Assembly (NCBI GenBank): GCA_037968615.1
Contig: JBBKVX010000061.1
Location: 25,126 to 89,125 of the forward strand
DNA length: 64,000 bases
Source of the DNA: Rickettsiales bacterium
Lineage (GTDB): Bacteria > Pseudomonadota > Alphaproteobacteria > Rickettsiales > UBA3002
Direction: 5' to 3'
Under the pieces are notes generated by a model. The model was not told the origin of the DNA and searched no databases. It worked only from the letters and a program-made list of their open reading frames with translations. Numbering within the stretch: the stretch's first letter is position 1; each line of letters opens with the position of its first letter. This document shows positions 18,800-27,342 of this stretch, piece by piece. A program made the translations under genes and the position numbers.

Positions 18800-19642
18800 A
18801 TGGAAACGCCGCCACTGATACAGTATGCGGGCTTGGATGCATTTTTGCAGGCGAGCGATTACCCGTCGGGCCATCACCGCTGCACAATGAATGGCATGCA
18901 TTACGACCTGCTCATTAAGCGCCGTGCTGGCACACACACGATCTTCATGTTCCATGGCGCAAATAAGCGAGAAAGGCCCTTGCCCTACTTCATCGGACTG
19001 GGCGTCACAGGTTCTCTTGATGCGGATATTATTTATGTTTCGGATCCCTCTTTACAGCAATCAGATACGTTACGCATCGGATGGTATGCGGGTGGCGGTC
19101 ACCCGCCAGTGCAGCAGACGCTTGTGCCCATGATTCGGGCTATTCTGGACTGCACGGGGCGCCCTGCACTGTTTTTTGGCGCTTCAGGAGGTGGGTTTGC
19201 AGCGCTTTACTACAGCTGGTTTGTACCAGAGAGCTGGTGTCTCCCAATCAATCCGCAGTCTATTTTGCATAACTATAGTGCACGTATTTATCAGGCCTTC
19301 CTTCTTGCGTGCCATGACGGCAGAGATAAAGGGCAAGAGATAGTTAGCCAAGCAACGTTCGATTTAAGAAAACTATATCAAGGTGGTTATAAGAACCGTA
19401 TTCTTTATCTTCAGAATGCAAGTGACCATCATGTTGGTCAGCACATGCTGCCTTTTTTAAATGGGTTGCCGACGTTCGAGAATATTCGAGTGCTAATGGG
19501 TAACTGGGGTGTGGGACATCACGTCGCGCCCAAAGAGTTGATAGTCCGGCTTTTAGAGCAAGCCCTTGTCGGTTCCTTGGCCAACGAAGGCGAGCCCGCG
19601 ATCGATGTCCTGCGTCGGCTCGATAGCGAGCCCGCTGCTTAG
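18800..19642 (+). CDS. Alpha/beta-hydrolase-like protein (possible polysaccharide O-acyl transferase or esterase)
   Basis: G-x-S-x-G-type motif FFGASGGGFAALYY with downstream ASDHHVGQH. Begins 2 nt after the glycosyltransferase stop. GC is markedly low, roughly 40-45% by eye over 19260-19500. Confidence 0.5.
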   Translation: METPPLIQYAGLDAFLQASDYPSGHHRCTMNGMHYDLLIKRRAGTHTIFMFHGANKRERPLPYFIGLGVTGSLDADIIYVSDPSLQQSDTLRIGWYAGGGHPPVQQTLVPMIRAILDCTGRPALFFGASGGGFAALYYSWFVPESWCLPINPQSILHNYSARIYQAFLLACHDGRDKGQEIVSQATFDLRKLYQGGYKNRILYLQNASDHHVGQHMLPFLNGLPTFENIRVLMGNWGVGHHVAPKELIVRLLEQALVGSLANEGEPAIDVLRRLDSEPAA

Positions 19643-21048
19643 AGCCCGCTCAAATAAGCGGCGAGGGCCGTGTGCAATGCGGCCGCTTCCGTGGAAGTAA
19701 GGCTGGCACCGATGCCCGCGCAGGCGAGGCGATAATCCGCATAGATGGAGGTGTGTTTTAACAACGTGACGTTCTGGCTGGCGAAGCCCGTGGTGGTATC
19801 GCTCGTGGTGCCCGCCGCAACACCATTTTTGTATGCTTCCGACGCGGTTGGCCCCGAGCGGTTGATATGGGTGAGGCCCATGATGGTCGCCTGTGCGGCG
19901 AAACTGGAGGTGTTGCCGTTAAGGTTTCCGCGAATGGTGCCGCCGGACACAGCGCTTCGCGGCGCCAGTGAGTGGCGCGTCGTTCCGGAGGCCTGCCCCA
20001 CGGCGTACACTGAGGCGGCGCTGTCGGTGCCGTCATTGACCCAGGCGAAGATGCTGGCGCTGTCCAGCGACATTTGGCTCAGGCTGTTCCATGCGATGCC
20101 GGAATCCAGGTAAGAGGAAGCGCCGTTGCCCTGATAACCCGCGTTGGCGGCAAAGCTGGGCGCGCTGATGGGCGTGAGTGCGTTGGCTGGGTTTTTCCAG
20201 TTCAAACAGGCGGCCTGCGCATCGGCGGCCGCCATGATCCATAGCAGGTCCAGCTTCGCCCAGATGCCGGCATCAATCAGCGCGCCGATCAGGTCATCGA
20301 TGAGGAAACTGCGTTTGCGTTTCGGGGCATTGGTCATCGCTTCGATGACCAGCTGCGTTTGGGGCAGCACCAGTCCGCGCAGAATATTGAACCCAATGCG
20401 GGTGGCGGAAGGCTGGCCCGGCGTCATCGCGCCGGTGCTACGATTGATGACCAGCGCCTCCTGCCAACTGCTGCCATCGGGCGATACTTTGATGTGGAAA
20501 TTATCGTCGCCGGTCAATCCGAATTCGGCGCGGCCCGAGTAATTGGTCTGGAACAAATGCGACGCATTATTGGCGGCCGCCAGTTTATTCACCTTCACCT
20601 GGGCGCTGCTGCCATCGTGATCGAACAATACGGCGTCGGATTTAACGGCCAGCTTGTTGGTGCTGTCGGCGCTGCTGTTCACGCCAAGTTTCGCCACGCT
20701 TTCGGCGCTGCCCGCATTCACCCATGCGCTGCCGTTGTAGGCGCAGAGCTTGTCTTCATCGGCCACCCACAAGGTGAGTCCTTCGTTGGGCGCCACGAAC
20801 ACCCAGCCCTTGCTGCTGTGGTAATAGCTGCATGCACCGGCATGGCCGCTCCATGCACCGCTCGCGCCCACAGGCAATATATAGAGATCGCCATCGGCGG
20901 GCAGGGCGGGGGGCGTGGTGATGCTGCGGCTGAGAGCGGCGGTGTTGCAGAAGGCATCCAGTGCCAGCAGACCCTCGTTCATCACAATTTCTTTGGCGGC
21001 CATATTCTGGTCCAGAAATTGTAAGCCCAGATTTGGGGTGGTGGTCAT
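19639..21048 (-). CDS. DUF2793-type phage/GTA tail-fibre-like protein
   Basis: N-terminus TPNLGLQFLDQNMAAKEIVMNEGLLALDA...PPALPADGDLYILPVGASGAWSGHAG...GWVFVAPNEGLTLWVADEDKL..YNGSAW matches the DUF2793 pattern as I recall it. It is followed by KLGVNSSADSTNKLAVKSDAVLF...NYSGRAEFGLTGDDNFHIKVSPDGSSW. Confidence 0.65.
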   Translation of the reverse strand: MTTTPNLGLQFLDQNMAAKEIVMNEGLLALDAFCNTAALSRSITTPPALPADGDLYILPVGASGAWSGHAGACSYYHSSKGWVFVAPNEGLTLWVADEDKLCAYNGSAWVNAGSAESVAKLGVNSSADSTNKLAVKSDAVLFDHDGSSAQVKVNKLAAANNASHLFQTNYSGRAEFGLTGDDNFHIKVSPDGSSWQEALVINRSTGAMTPGQPSATRIGFNILRGLVLPQTQLVIEAMTNAPKRKRSFLIDDLIGALIDAGIWAKLDLLWIMAAADAQAACLNWKNPANALTPISAPSFAANAGYQGNGASSYLDSGIAWNSLSQMSLDSASIFAWVNDGTDSAASVYAVGQASGTTRHSLAPRSAVSGGTIRGNLNGNTSSFAAQATIMGLTHINRSGPTASEAYKNGVAAGTTSDTTTGFASQNVTLLKHTSIYADYRLACAGIGASLTSTEAAALHTALAAYLSGL

Positions 21049-21160
21049 CGCATCCTCCTATGTCGTTGCTGTTCGCTGGTTGTAACCCTGCTCCCTGCTA
21101 CCCGGAAGCGGGGTACAGAAAACATTTCCCACAGCACAGATCAGCGATTAAGCCATCAGC

Positions 21161-22159
21161 ATGTCCACACGCCCGTCCATCGCCCGCCCGCTGCGCATTG
21201 CCCTTGTGGCCGATGCATTGACGCGTGCGGCTTTGGCGGCCGAGGCGAACATCACCCATATCACCCCGCGCAATTACCGCTGGGCGCTGCGGCTGGCTCG
21301 GCCCGATTTTCTGCTCGTCGAATCGGCGTGGGAAGGGCGTGGCGTGTGTTGGAAATATAAAATCGCTTCCTATCCTGACGTGCCCAAACGCAGCAATATC
21401 CTGCTGCAACGAATGATCGCCTGCGCACGCGGCCTCGGTATTCCCACCGTGTTCTGGAATAAAGAGGACGGCGTACATTTCGATCGTTTCATCGACAGCG
21501 CGCTGTTGTGCGAGCATATCCTCACCGTGGATGCGAACTGCATTGAGGCATACCGCGCGCGGGGTGCGACGTCGGTGCATAGCATGATGTTCGCGGTGCA
21601 GCCTCGTCTGCACCACCCCATCGCCTCCGTGCCAACGCAGGCCAGCGCTAGCTTTGTTGGCAGCTACAGCCACCATGTGCATGATGGCCGCCGTGTGCGG
21701 CAGGATATGCTGTTCGCTGCCTGCGCCGAAGCGGGGTTTGGTCTCACGGTCTACGACCGAAATTCCTGCCGCCGGTCGCCCAATTACCGCTACCCGACCG
21801 GCATCGACGTGCGAGCTGCCGTGCCGTACGAAGCGACCGCCGATATCTATCGCGACCATCTCGTATCGTTGAACGTCAACACCGTCGAGGATTCGCCCAC
21901 CATGTGTTCGCGGCGCTTATTGGAAATCATTGCCAGCGGCGGGCTGTGCGTGACCACGCCCGCCCTGTCCGTAGCGCAGCATTTTGCTCCCTATTGCCAC
22001 ACGGTGTCTACGCAGGCGGAGGCGGTGGAATTACTGGCCCGTTTAAAGCGCGACGGCCATTCGGGCGCCGACCGCGCCATGATGGCGGCAGGCGCCGCCT
22101 GCATCGCCGAGCAGCATAGCTGGGCAGTGCGGATGCAGCAGATCACTGCTTTGATTTAA
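21161..22159 (+). CDS. CgeB-like glycosyltransferase family protein
   Basis: N-terminal pattern RIALVAD...ARPDFLLVESAWEG..G.W.YKI and a C-terminal Glyco_trans_1_2-like region (MCSRRLLEIIASGG). Assigned from motif recall only. Confidence 0.5.
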   Translation: MSTRPSIARPLRIALVADALTRAALAAEANITHITPRNYRWALRLARPDFLLVESAWEGRGVCWKYKIASYPDVPKRSNILLQRMIACARGLGIPTVFWNKEDGVHFDRFIDSALLCEHILTVDANCIEAYRARGATSVHSMMFAVQPRLHHPIASVPTQASASFVGSYSHHVHDGRRVRQDMLFAACAEAGFGLTVYDRNSCRRSPNYRYPTGIDVRAAVPYEATADIYRDHLVSLNVNTVEDSPTMCSRRLLEIIASGGLCVTTPALSVAQHFAPYCHTVSTQAEAVELLARLKRDGHSGADRAMMAAGAACIAEQHSWAVRMQQITALI

Positions 22160-22433
22160 CGAAGCGCCGAAGCAATTGCCCGCGCCATAAGCCGCGATGG
22201 TAGTTGAAAAAGAACCATCCATAAAACCGTACAAAACCGTAGGCGACGAACGCCATCGGGTCGCCCTCGTTGCGCATGTGCTGCAGCAGGGCGCGGTCTG
22301 CGGCGCAACGCTCGCGCTCGCCACCACCACCGCGCACCCCGTAGGCATTGTCGTGCGCCTTGCACCCGACGTTGCGGTTGTATTTGCTGCCATCAAGGAA
22401 AACACAATAGGCGCGCTGGGGAGGGCGAGGCAT
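22143..22433 (-). CDS. Small hypothetical protein with PLA2-like HD..Y/CxxD motifs and a hydrophobic C-terminal segment
   Basis: 96 aa. GCKAHDNAYG parallels the secreted-PLA2 CCxxHDxCY motif and RCAADRAL parallels CxCDxxA. Aromatic hydrophobic segment MAFVAYGFVRFYGWFFFNY. Competing overlapping ORFs look like noise. Confidence 0.45.
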   Translation of the reverse strand: MPRPPQRAYCVFLDGSKYNRNVGCKAHDNAYGVRGGGGERERCAADRALLQHMRNEGDPMAFVAYGFVRFYGWFFFNYHRGLWRGQLLRRFVKSKQ

Positions 22434-22470
22434 CTTTCCGGTTCCGTTCGGGTGATTTTCTGCCTAGATA

Positions 22471-23520
22471 ATGCGCATGGCAGTCCATAAGCGCAAAGTA
22501 TTTTATCTCAGCGGGTTCGATCCGCGTGGCGCGCGGCATTACCATCAGCTGTGCCAGGAAGCCGCCCGAACCTATGATGCCGAGGTCACGCCCCGAACGG
22601 CGGAGGGATGGCAGATTCGCAAAGACGCCACCACGACCGATTACCGTTTCCTGAGCTGGGACGACATCGTGCGCCGCGCTTGGGTACGCCAGCCGTTGAC
22701 GCTGGTGTGGCGTGCATTGCGCATGTACGCGACCTACGCACGCCACCTGCAATGGCGCGACACGTTCGCGCTGCCGCAGGCGCCGCTCATCACCCTGCTG
22801 TATCCACTGGCGTTCATGGTGCTGTTGCCCGTGGTGCTTTTTGGCCTGGGCGCATGGCTGATGCCATGGCCATTGGCGCTGGCCATGGCCGCGCTGTTGT
22901 CGGTGGCGGCGTTACAGCTTAGCAAGGGGCTGTGGCTGTTGCGCTTTTTTGTGTTCAACCACCGCGCCGCGAGTGATCATGAACTCGATGCGCGGCTCGA
23001 TCGTTTTGCGCAGGAAATCCATGCCAGTTTTAGCGAACCTTACGACGAAATTTTGCTCTTGGCGCACAGCAACGGCAGCATTCTTTCCGTGCCGTTAATG
23101 GAAAAACTATCCGCGCTCGGCGGCTGGCCTGAGCATTTCCGACTCGTGACGTTGGGTCAGTGCATTCCGCTCGTCAGCCTGTTGCGCAGCGCCGTTGGTT
23201 TCCGACAGCAGCTCGCCCAGCTTGCAACGCGTCGCTTCTACTGGTGCGACATCGGCTTCCCGCCGGATGGCGCTGCCTACGGCCGCACCAATACGTTCGC
23301 GCCCTTGCAGTCGGGGCCGGATGTGACGCTTAAACTCTTGTCCCCACGCTTCTTCCAATATTACGAACCCGCGCGTTATCAGCGTCTGCGCCGCAACAAA
23401 TACCAACTGCATTTTGCCTACCTGCATACGGGCGATCACCACTCACCCATCGATTTCATGGCGCTGGTGGCCGGGCCACACAGCCTGCCCGAATCGGTGC
23501 AGCTGTACGAGGCCGCATGA
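22471..23520 (+). CDS. Membrane protein with a lipase-like AHSNG motif, function unknown
   Basis: 349 aa. Central TM pair (LITLLYPLAFMVLLPVVLFGLGAWLMPWPLALAMAALLSVAAL). ILLLAHSNGS resembles a nucleophile elbow. ATGA coupling to the downstream P450. Confidence 0.55.
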   Translation: MRMAVHKRKVFYLSGFDPRGARHYHQLCQEAARTYDAEVTPRTAEGWQIRKDATTTDYRFLSWDDIVRRAWVRQPLTLVWRALRMYATYARHLQWRDTFALPQAPLITLLYPLAFMVLLPVVLFGLGAWLMPWPLALAMAALLSVAALQLSKGLWLLRFFVFNHRAASDHELDARLDRFAQEIHASFSEPYDEILLLAHSNGSILSVPLMEKLSALGGWPEHFRLVTLGQCIPLVSLLRSAVGFRQQLAQLATRRFYWCDIGFPPDGAAYGRTNTFAPLQSGPDVTLKLLSPRFFQYYEPARYQRLRRNKYQLHFAYLHTGDHHSPIDFMALVAGPHSLPESVQLYEAA

Positions 23521-24872
23521 TGGAACATTTCGTGCCGCCCTATCCCAAACCTCACCGCAGCAAGCTGGGGCGCCTCGCGCGTTTCGGTGTGGGCTGGGGC
23601 TCGTGGATCCATACGCTGTACGAGAAAAGCTACCGCATGAAAATGGGCGAGGTGAAGCTGCCCGGCATGCATTTCTTCCTGCCCAACGAAGTGTCGTTGG
23701 TGGCGCAGGTGATGGACGACCCGAAGCAATTTCCCAAACATGCCTTCCTGCATGAGATACTGGAACCGCTGATCGGTGACAGCGTGTTCTCCATCAACGG
23801 CGATGCGTGGAAACATGCCCGCGCTATGGTGAACCCGGCTTTCGCCCACACCCATCTCAGCAAAGCCTTCGGCACCATGGACGAAGCCGCGCGCGAAATG
23901 GTGGCACGTATTCGTACCCGCGATCTGTCGAAAAAACTTCATATCGATCCGCTGATGACGCATGTCACGGCGGATATTATTTTCCGCACCATCCTCTCGG
24001 AAAAACTCACCGAAGAAGAAGCGCTGCGCATTTTTGCTTCGTTCGAGCGTTACCAAAAATACGTGCAGCCGAGCATGATCCTGCGCAGCTATGGCCTGCC
24101 CATGGGTTACTACAAACGCAAGCTGCTGAAGGCAGCGGCAGAGATCCATGCCGTGTTCGCGCCCCCCATTAAAGCCCGCCACGCCGCCTTCCATGCGGGC
24201 GAGGAGGGGCCGGACGATATTTTGAAAGCGCTGCTCGAAGCCAAACACCCCATCACCGGCGCACCGTTCACCTACAAGGAACTGGTGGATCAGGTGGCGA
24301 TCATTTTCCTCGCTGGGCATGAAACTTCGGCGGGGGCGCTCACTTGGGCATTGTACCTCACCGCCAGCTGTCCGCATGTGCAAGCGACCATGGTGGCCGA
24401 AGCCCACGCCGCCAACCTCGACGATTCCGGCAGCATCCGGCACATGGAACAGACGAAAAACGTCTTCCGCGAAACGTTGCGCCTTTACCCTCCGGTGAGT
24501 TTTCTGATGCGTGAAGTGGCCGAGCCAATGACCATGCGCGGCAAAGCCTTGAAGCCCGACGACTTGCTGGTCGTATCCCCTTGGCTGGTGCAACGGAACG
24601 AAGACAACTTCCCTTGCCCCCACGCGTTCCAACCCGAGCGTTTCACCGACCCTGCGCAGCAGGATGCCTGCAAAAATGCGTACCTGCCGTTCGGCAAAGG
24701 CCCGCGCATCTGCATTGGCGCAGGCTTCGCGCAGCAAGAAGCGGTCATCATCCTTGCGCGTATGGTGGAAGCGTTCGAGCTCAGCGTGCCCCAAGGCGAA
24801 CGCCCCGAACCCACCTACCGCCTCACGCTGCGCCCGAAGCACGGCATACGGTTGAAACTAACACCAAGATAA
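23517..24872 (+). CDS. Cytochrome P450
   Basis: Haem-binding loop FGKGPRICIGAGFA, ExxR motif ETLRLYPP, I-helix AGHETSA. Confidence 0.9.
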   Translation: MMEHFVPPYPKPHRSKLGRLARFGVGWGSWIHTLYEKSYRMKMGEVKLPGMHFFLPNEVSLVAQVMDDPKQFPKHAFLHEILEPLIGDSVFSINGDAWKHARAMVNPAFAHTHLSKAFGTMDEAAREMVARIRTRDLSKKLHIDPLMTHVTADIIFRTILSEKLTEEEALRIFASFERYQKYVQPSMILRSYGLPMGYYKRKLLKAAAEIHAVFAPPIKARHAAFHAGEEGPDDILKALLEAKHPITGAPFTYKELVDQVAIIFLAGHETSAGALTWALYLTASCPHVQATMVAEAHAANLDDSGSIRHMEQTKNVFRETLRLYPPVSFLMREVAEPMTMRGKALKPDDLLVVSPWLVQRNEDNFPCPHAFQPERFTDPAQQDACKNAYLPFGKGPRICIGAGFAQQEAVIILARMVEAFELSVPQGERPEPTYRLTLRPKHGIRLKLTPR

Positions 24873-24895
24873 AACAGGAAAACACCCGTAGGGTG
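24871..24895 (-). terminator. Rho-independent terminator after tRNA-Thr (also closes the convergent P450 gene)
   Basis: Minus strand reads CACCC-TAC-GGGTG followed by TTTTCCTGTTTT, immediately 3' of the tRNA CCA end. Confidence 0.5.
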
Positions 24896-24970
24896 TGGTG
24901 CCGGTTGCAGGAATTGAACCCGCGACCTTCGGTTTACAAAACCGCTGCTCTACCCCTGAGCTAAACCGGC
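24896..24970 (-). tRNA. tRNA-Thr (anticodon TGT)
   Basis: Manual cloverleaf, 75 nt: acceptor GCCGGTT/AACCGGC, D-arm GCTC-AGGGGTA-GAGC, anticodon loop TTTGTAA, T-arm GCGGG-TTCAATT-CCTGC, encoded CCA. Confidence 0.85.
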
Positions 24971-25020
24971 ACATATCGTGGGGTGTAATGGATTTGGTGG
25001 CACAGTGCAAGATGCGGCGT

Positions 25021-26316
25021 TTAGACGCCGTATTCGCCCTCTTTGAGCCACGGACGGTGGTTGAGCGGCTTGGCGAAATAGTAGCCTTGCAGCATGTCGA
25101 CGCCCAATTCCATTAGCATTTTGGCGATTTCTCCGGTCTCGACGAATTCGGCCACGGATTTCAGGCCGAAGCCACGGGTGAAATCGAGCAGGGTCTTGAC
25201 AAAGAAGCGGCTGTCGGAATTGTCAGTGAGATCTTTGATGAACGCGCCATCGATTTTTACCATATCGACCGACAGGGCTTTCAACTGGCGGAAGCTGGTA
25301 TAACCCGCGCCGAAATCGTCGAGCGCGACGAGGCAGCCCAGCGCCTGCACTTCGGCGCAGAAGCGGGCCATGTGTTTCAGGTCGCCATGAATGGCGGTCT
25401 CGGTGAGCTCGACAATCAGGCGCGGCCCGATCTCGGGGGTTTCTTCGATCAGTTTGCTCAGCAGCGCGTAGTAGCTGTGGTCCTGCGTCGTCAGGTTCGA
25501 GACATTGAGGGCGAGGGTGACATGTGGGTCGTTGCGCAATTCGTCGACCACTTTGGAGAGCACCAATTTGTCGATCATCGGAATGAAGCCCATGCGCTCG
25601 GCGATAGGGATAAGCGTGCCCGCGGAGCTGATCTTGCCGTCCTCGCCGAACAGGCGCAGCAGGCCTTCGTAATGCGCCACTTCGCCGGTCTTGCTGTCGA
25701 TGATCGGTTGCCAGGCCAGCTTGATGCGGCCTTCCTGCACGGCTTGGCCGAGGAAGTTGGCCATGCCCATTTCCTCGCGCGATTCGGCGCCGGAAATATC
25801 AGCACGGAATTTCTCCTCGCCTTCGCTGTCGGTCAGGCTGACGATGGCGCGGCCGAGAATTTCTTCCGGGCTCGACAGGCGGTCGGGCACCATTTGGTAG
25901 CTGGCGGAGATGATGCAATGCAGTTCGCCGTAGCGCGAGCTGTAGCTGTAGGAACGAATGGCGGCCTCTACCTCTTCGCACCATTTGGCGACGTCGGTTT
26001 CACCTTTTTTGGGTAGCAGCACGCCGAACTGGTCGCGCTGCACGCGGGCGGTGATGCCGGCGGGGTTGTGGCTGGAAATCACCGCGAACAATTCATTCAT
26101 CACCGCTTCGGCCACGGCCATGCTGTAGCCCGACATGATCATCGCAAGGTTGTCGACGGACACGATGACCAGCGCCCCGGGCTGCGACAACTGGCGCGCC
26201 TCGGCATCCAATGTGCCCAATGCCTCGATGAACGATTGCGGATAGCCGCACGCGCCAAGCGTGGTGGGGGGTGATTCAGGATGGTGCTTACGGAACATAG
26301 GCATGCACTGTGCCAT
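25021..26316 (-). CDS. EAL-domain c-di-GMP phosphodiesterase with a degenerate GGDEF-like N-terminal domain
   Basis: EAL-domain motifs (QPIID...HYEGLLR, IVELTET, DDFGAGYTS, KIDGAFI). QRDQF sits where GGDEF would be. Start set at the ATG at 26316 because the longer ORF would overlap ubiA. Confidence 0.75.
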   Translation of the reverse strand: MAQCMPMFRKHHPESPPTTLGACGYPQSFIEALGTLDAEARQLSQPGALVIVSVDNLAMIMSGYSMAVAEAVMNELFAVISSHNPAGITARVQRDQFGVLLPKKGETDVAKWCEEVEAAIRSYSYSSRYGELHCIISASYQMVPDRLSSPEEILGRAIVSLTDSEGEEKFRADISGAESREEMGMANFLGQAVQEGRIKLAWQPIIDSKTGEVAHYEGLLRLFGEDGKISSAGTLIPIAERMGFIPMIDKLVLSKVVDELRNDPHVTLALNVSNLTTQDHSYYALLSKLIEETPEIGPRLIVELTETAIHGDLKHMARFCAEVQALGCLVALDDFGAGYTSFRQLKALSVDMVKIDGAFIKDLTDNSDSRFFVKTLLDFTRGFGLKSVAEFVETGEIAKMLMELGVDMLQGYYFAKPLNHRPWLKEGEYGV

Positions 26317-26341
26317 CAGAATAAAACAGTAGCAATAGGAA

Positions 26342-27232
26342 CTAGTTAGTAGGAACGCCGAGGATTCCGCCGCTGTCCATAAGCCGATCGAAATAAATGG
26401 CGCCAAAAAGCACCAATCCAAGCCATTGATTGCTGTGGAACAGCGTGCCTGCACGGTGCTCGGCCTTGGCGAATGGCACCTCGCGCACTTGCCAGCGCAC
26501 ATGCAGCGCCACCAGCACGATGCCCAGCAGATATATGGGGCCAGTGTTTGCCATAAGCCCTGCAAAAATAAGGCAAAGCAGCATGATGGCGTACCAGCCC
26601 GACACAAACCGCACAATGCTGCGACCCAAGCGCAACGCGCTGGATTTGATGCCCGCCATTCGGTCGTCGTCCATATCCTGCATGGCGTAGATCGTGTCGT
26701 AACCCAGCGTCCAGAAAATGCAGGCGCCGTACAGCAGCACCGTGGCGCTGGTGAAGCTGGCGCCGGTGGCGGCCCAGCCGATCAGCACGCCGAAATTGAA
26801 GGTCAGGCCCAAAAACAGTTGCGGCCACCATGTCAGACGCTTCATCCACGGATAGATCACGATCATCGGTAGGGCGAGGAACGCCAATCCGATGACGATG
26901 GATGGCAGGAACATGAGCAGCAGCAATGCGGCAAAGCCGAGCGCGAACAAAAGCACCAGTGCATGCTGCACGGGAATAGCGCCCGAAGCGATGGGGCGGT
27001 TCTTGGTGCGTTCGACCTGCGCATCGAGTTTGCGGTCGGTCAGATCGTTGATGACGCAGCCCGCCGAACGCGTGATGAGCGCACCCACGAACAGCAGGAT
27101 AAGCAGGTTGATGTCGGGCTCCGAGCGCTCGGCCATGCAGGCCGCCACACCCGCCGGGAAATAGAGCAGCCAAATGCCGATCGGCTTGTCGAGTCGCATC
27201 AGCCGCACGTAATGATGTAGGGTCGCTAGCAC
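26342..27232 (-). CDS. ubiA: 4-hydroxybenzoate polyprenyltransferase
   Basis: VRLMRLDKPIG, NDLTDRKLDAQVERTKNRP (NDxxDxxxD), second Asp-rich motif YAMQDMDDD. Polytopic membrane protein. Confidence 0.85.
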   Translation of the reverse strand: MLATLHHYVRLMRLDKPIGIWLLYFPAGVAACMAERSEPDINLLILLFVGALITRSAGCVINDLTDRKLDAQVERTKNRPIASGAIPVQHALVLLFALGFAALLLLMFLPSIVIGLAFLALPMIVIYPWMKRLTWWPQLFLGLTFNFGVLIGWAATGASFTSATVLLYGACIFWTLGYDTIYAMQDMDDDRMAGIKSSALRLGRSIVRFVSGWYAIMLLCLIFAGLMANTGPIYLLGIVLVALHVRWQVREVPFAKAEHRAGTLFHSNQWLGLVLFGAIYFDRLMDSGGILGVPTN

Positions 27233-27342
27233 AGTTTCGATCTTTTTATGTTCCCGCGTGGCCGGGAATCTGGTTTAGATATGTCCGGCTTGCCGATACA
27301 CGAAGCCCGCTTGCCAGAGGCTTCCATTGGAATAAATTATCG

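Noticed and set aside
19639-24970. Prophage or integrative island next to tRNA-Thr.
   Set aside because: No integrase, excisionase, capsid, terminase or tape-measure gene is present, and I saw no repeat of the tRNA 3' end. Only one fibre-like gene is there, so I call the region an accessory patch and not a mobile element.
24895-25116. 73-aa plus-strand ORF starting at 24895.
   Set aside because: It overlaps the minus-strand tRNA-Thr and the 3' end of the EAL gene, and nothing supports it as coding.
26346-27173. 275-aa alternate-frame ORF within ubiA.
   Set aside because: The ubiA frame carries the diagnostic NDxxDxxxD motifs and TM pattern. The alternate frame is Arg/Ala/Gly-rich noise.
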